A stretch of 64,000 nt of DNA. Origin: Clostridia bacterium. GTDB lineage: Bacteria; Bacillota; Clostridia; Oscillospirales; CAG-272. Shown one piece after another: positions 62,495 through 64,000 of the stretch (position 1 is the first letter of the stretch; each line of letters opens with the position of its first letter). Under the pieces are notes generated by a model. That model had not been told where the DNA came from. It was given only the letters and a program-made list of their open reading frames with translations, and did not search any database. Made by a program: the position numbers and the translations under genes. The stretch lies in the NCBI GenBank assembly GCA_017461365.1, contig JAFTYG010000056.1, positions 7,089 through 71,088 on the forward strand. The letters are read 5' to 3'.

Positions 62495-64000
62495 TTAGAT
62501 CGCGTTAGGTAGATATTCGATTGCCACGCCTTTACGGGAGTCGAGGATAAAGTGAGGTCGCTCAATGATGCCGGGGATGTCAAGCCTGCCGACAAAACGG
62601 TAGTGAATGATAAAGCGCTGCGTTCTGTCCTTGCCCTTTCCCTCAACGGGAAACACCTCGATCTTCTCGATAAGCTCTCGCAGAAGTATCGGCGTTAAGG
62701 TCTGCATCTCCATAAACTTGCGGATGGCGCGCAGGAAGTCATCCTTTGCCGTCTGCATTTGGTCGATCTTATCAAGCTTCTCTTGAAGCTCAAACATCTG
62801 CCGCTTTAGCTCCTCCTGCTCGGCTTCGTACTTGTTGGAAAGTTGCATAAACCACTCGTCCGTGACCTTGCCCTCCACGTTGTCCTCGTAGAGCTTCCCG
62901 AAAAGTCCGAGGAGCTTTTTGCTGCGTGCTTTCGCGGTCGAGAATGCCCCTTCCGCCGTTTTTCTCTCGCGTATCATATCTTTGTTGGTTTTCTGCTCCA
63001 AAAGCTCTGCAAAGTCATCCTCCGCGCTTTCAAGGAAATCCGCAAGCATTCTTAGTTCCATCAGCACGACCTGCTCTAAAGCGTCCTCGCGGATATAGTG
63101 GGTGTTCTCACAAGTACCACGCATTCCCTTGTAGTTCGAACAACTAAAAAAACGAATGCTCGGGTTCTTCTGATTGAAGTTGAACCACAGCTTATGCCCG
63201 CAATCTCCGCAGTAAAGAAAGCTCGTGAAGATGCTTTTCTTTAGGTTCTTGTCCTTTGGCGGTCTGCGCTTGATCTTTTCAACAAGCTTTTGTACCTGCT
63301 CCCAAGTATCACGGTCAATAATCGGCTCGTGTACGTCCTTGAAGATTGCCCAATTCTCCTTTGGATTCTCAACTCGGGTTTTATTGCGGAAGGACTTTGA
63401 CGTGCTCTTGAAATTGATGATGTCACCACAGTATTCTTGTTGAGCAAGCATCTTAGCAATCGTAGTCTTGCACCACTTATACGGATCGGCTTGCGTTTTC
63501 TTTCCGCCTCGCGGAAGTCCCTTGCTCTGCCAATATGCCATCGGCACTAACACCTTGTCCTCTTGTAGCGTTCTCGCTATGGTTTCATTGCCCTTGCCCT
63601 CGATGCACAAGCGGTACACCCGTCTGACTACCTCTGCCGCCTCCGTGTCGATGATCCATCTCTTGTTATTTTCGGGAGATTTCATGTAACCATACGGTGG
63701 AGGTGCTAACGGCTCGCCTGCGTTGCCGCGAAGTCGGTGTGATGAACGAACCTTTCTTGAAATATCCCTCGCCATCATCTCGTTCATTACGTTACGGAAT
63801 GGCGCTAATTCATCCTCTCCGTTTTCGCTGTCTATGCAATCGTTGATGGCAATAAAGCGGATATTGTGCTCGGGAAAATAATAGTCCGTGTACTGACCGA
63901 CCTCGAGGTAGTTTCTGCCCAAGCGCGATGAGTCCTTGACGATGACGGTTGAGATATATCCCATATCCATATCTGCAAGCATTCGTTGGAAGTCGGGGCG
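62495..64000 (-). CDS. Large serine recombinase (N-terminal catalytic domain truncated by window edge)
   Basis: The frame stays open to nt 64000 (...RPDFQRMLADMDMGYISTVIVKDSSRLGRNY = resolvase-domain motif). Followed by the recombinase domain, a zinc-ribbon (CGDCGHKLW...C..Y) and a coiled-coil typical of large serine integrases. Confidence 0.9.
   Translation of the reverse strand, partial: RPDFQRMLADMDMGYISTVIVKDSSRLGRNYLEVGQYTDYYFPEHNIRFIAINDCIDSENGEDELAPFRNVMNEMMARDISRKVRSSHRLRGNAGEPLAPPPYGYMKSPENNKRWIIDTEAAEVVRRVYRLCIEGKGNETIARTLQEDKVLVPMAYWQSKGLPRGGKKTQADPYKWCKTTIAKMLAQQEYCGDIINFKSTSKSFRNKTRVENPKENWAIFKDVHEPIIDRDTWEQVQKLVEKIKRRPPKDKNLKKSIFTSFLYCGDCGHKLWFNFNQKNPSIRFFSCSNYKGMRGTCENTHYIREDALEQVVLMELRMLADFLESAEDDFAELLEQKTNKDMIRERKTAEGAFSTAKARSKKLLGLFGKLYEDNVEGKVTDEWFMQLSNKYEAEQEELKRQMFELQEKLDKIDQMQTAKDDFLRAIRKFMEMQTLTPILLRELIEKIEVFPVEGKGKDRTQRFIIHYRFVGRLDIPGIIERPHFILDSRKGVAIEYLPNAI

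Noticed and set aside
1-64000. A scan for recognisable defence systems (CRISPR-Cas, restriction-modification, Abi, retron RT, CBASS/Thoeris-type genes), rRNA operons and prophage structural genes.
   Set aside because: None of the translated ORFs shows the corresponding hallmark motifs. The only mobile-element hallmark is the serine recombinase at the right edge.

Overview
This window looks like a chromosomal segment from a spore-forming Clostridia-class Firmicute. That placement is an inference from gene content (spoVAD/spoVAE, ymdB, mrnC, gatCAB, yceD-rpmF, secG, proA), from sigma-A type TTGACA-17-TATAAT promoters and from GGAGG ribosome-binding sites. I found no rRNA genes, no CRISPR array and no recognisable restriction, Abi, retron or CBASS-type defence genes.

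Roughly 1-45 kb is housekeeping and metabolic:
- gatCAB, NAD(P)HX dehydratase, yceD-rpmF, ymdB, Mini-RNase III and cyclophilin
- two acyl-CoA ligases, uridine phosphorylase and aldose epimerase
- a translationally coupled PTS / MapP-like phosphatase / MalQ operon
- spoVAD-AE, YgiQ and HemW radical-SAM proteins, a MATE pump and secG
- an ECF sigma / anti-sigma / vWA lipoprotein unit
- DAHP synthase and proA

This part is interrupted by small AT-rich accessory islets and several families of palindromic intergenic repeats.

Roughly 45-62 kb is an accessory surface-protein region. It holds two tandem TasA/camelysin-like genes with SipW-type signal peptides fused to adhesin-like C-termini. It also holds an AraC-headed cluster of lipoproteins (two EEP-domain lipoproteins, an orphan solute-binding protein, a CE2-like esterase), a GLUG-like beta-helix protein, a PHP phosphoesterase and a sugar-phosphate isomerase. 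No permease or glycoside hydrolase is present in that cluster. The window ends with a tRNA-Pro(UGG) locus carrying an upstream 5'-half pseudo-copy, followed by a large serine recombinase truncated by the window edge, which is probably the start of an integrated element.

The most interesting signals that no annotated gene explains are:
1. A type I toxin-antitoxin-like module at about 25.94-26.31 kb. It has a 28-codon hydrophobic ORF, a leader that sequesters the Shine-Dalgarno sequence, and a convergent antisense promoter.
2. A toxin-less recombined copy of the same module at about 7.65-7.81 kb that keeps both convergent promoters.
3. A structured RNA candidate of about 215 nt with a long closing helix at 36.83-37.05 kb.
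4. A mosaic MITE-like repeat family sharing CAAATTTGAGTTTGTCG-type termini.

All functional calls rest on reading the translated ORFs and the DNA by eye. No database search was run.
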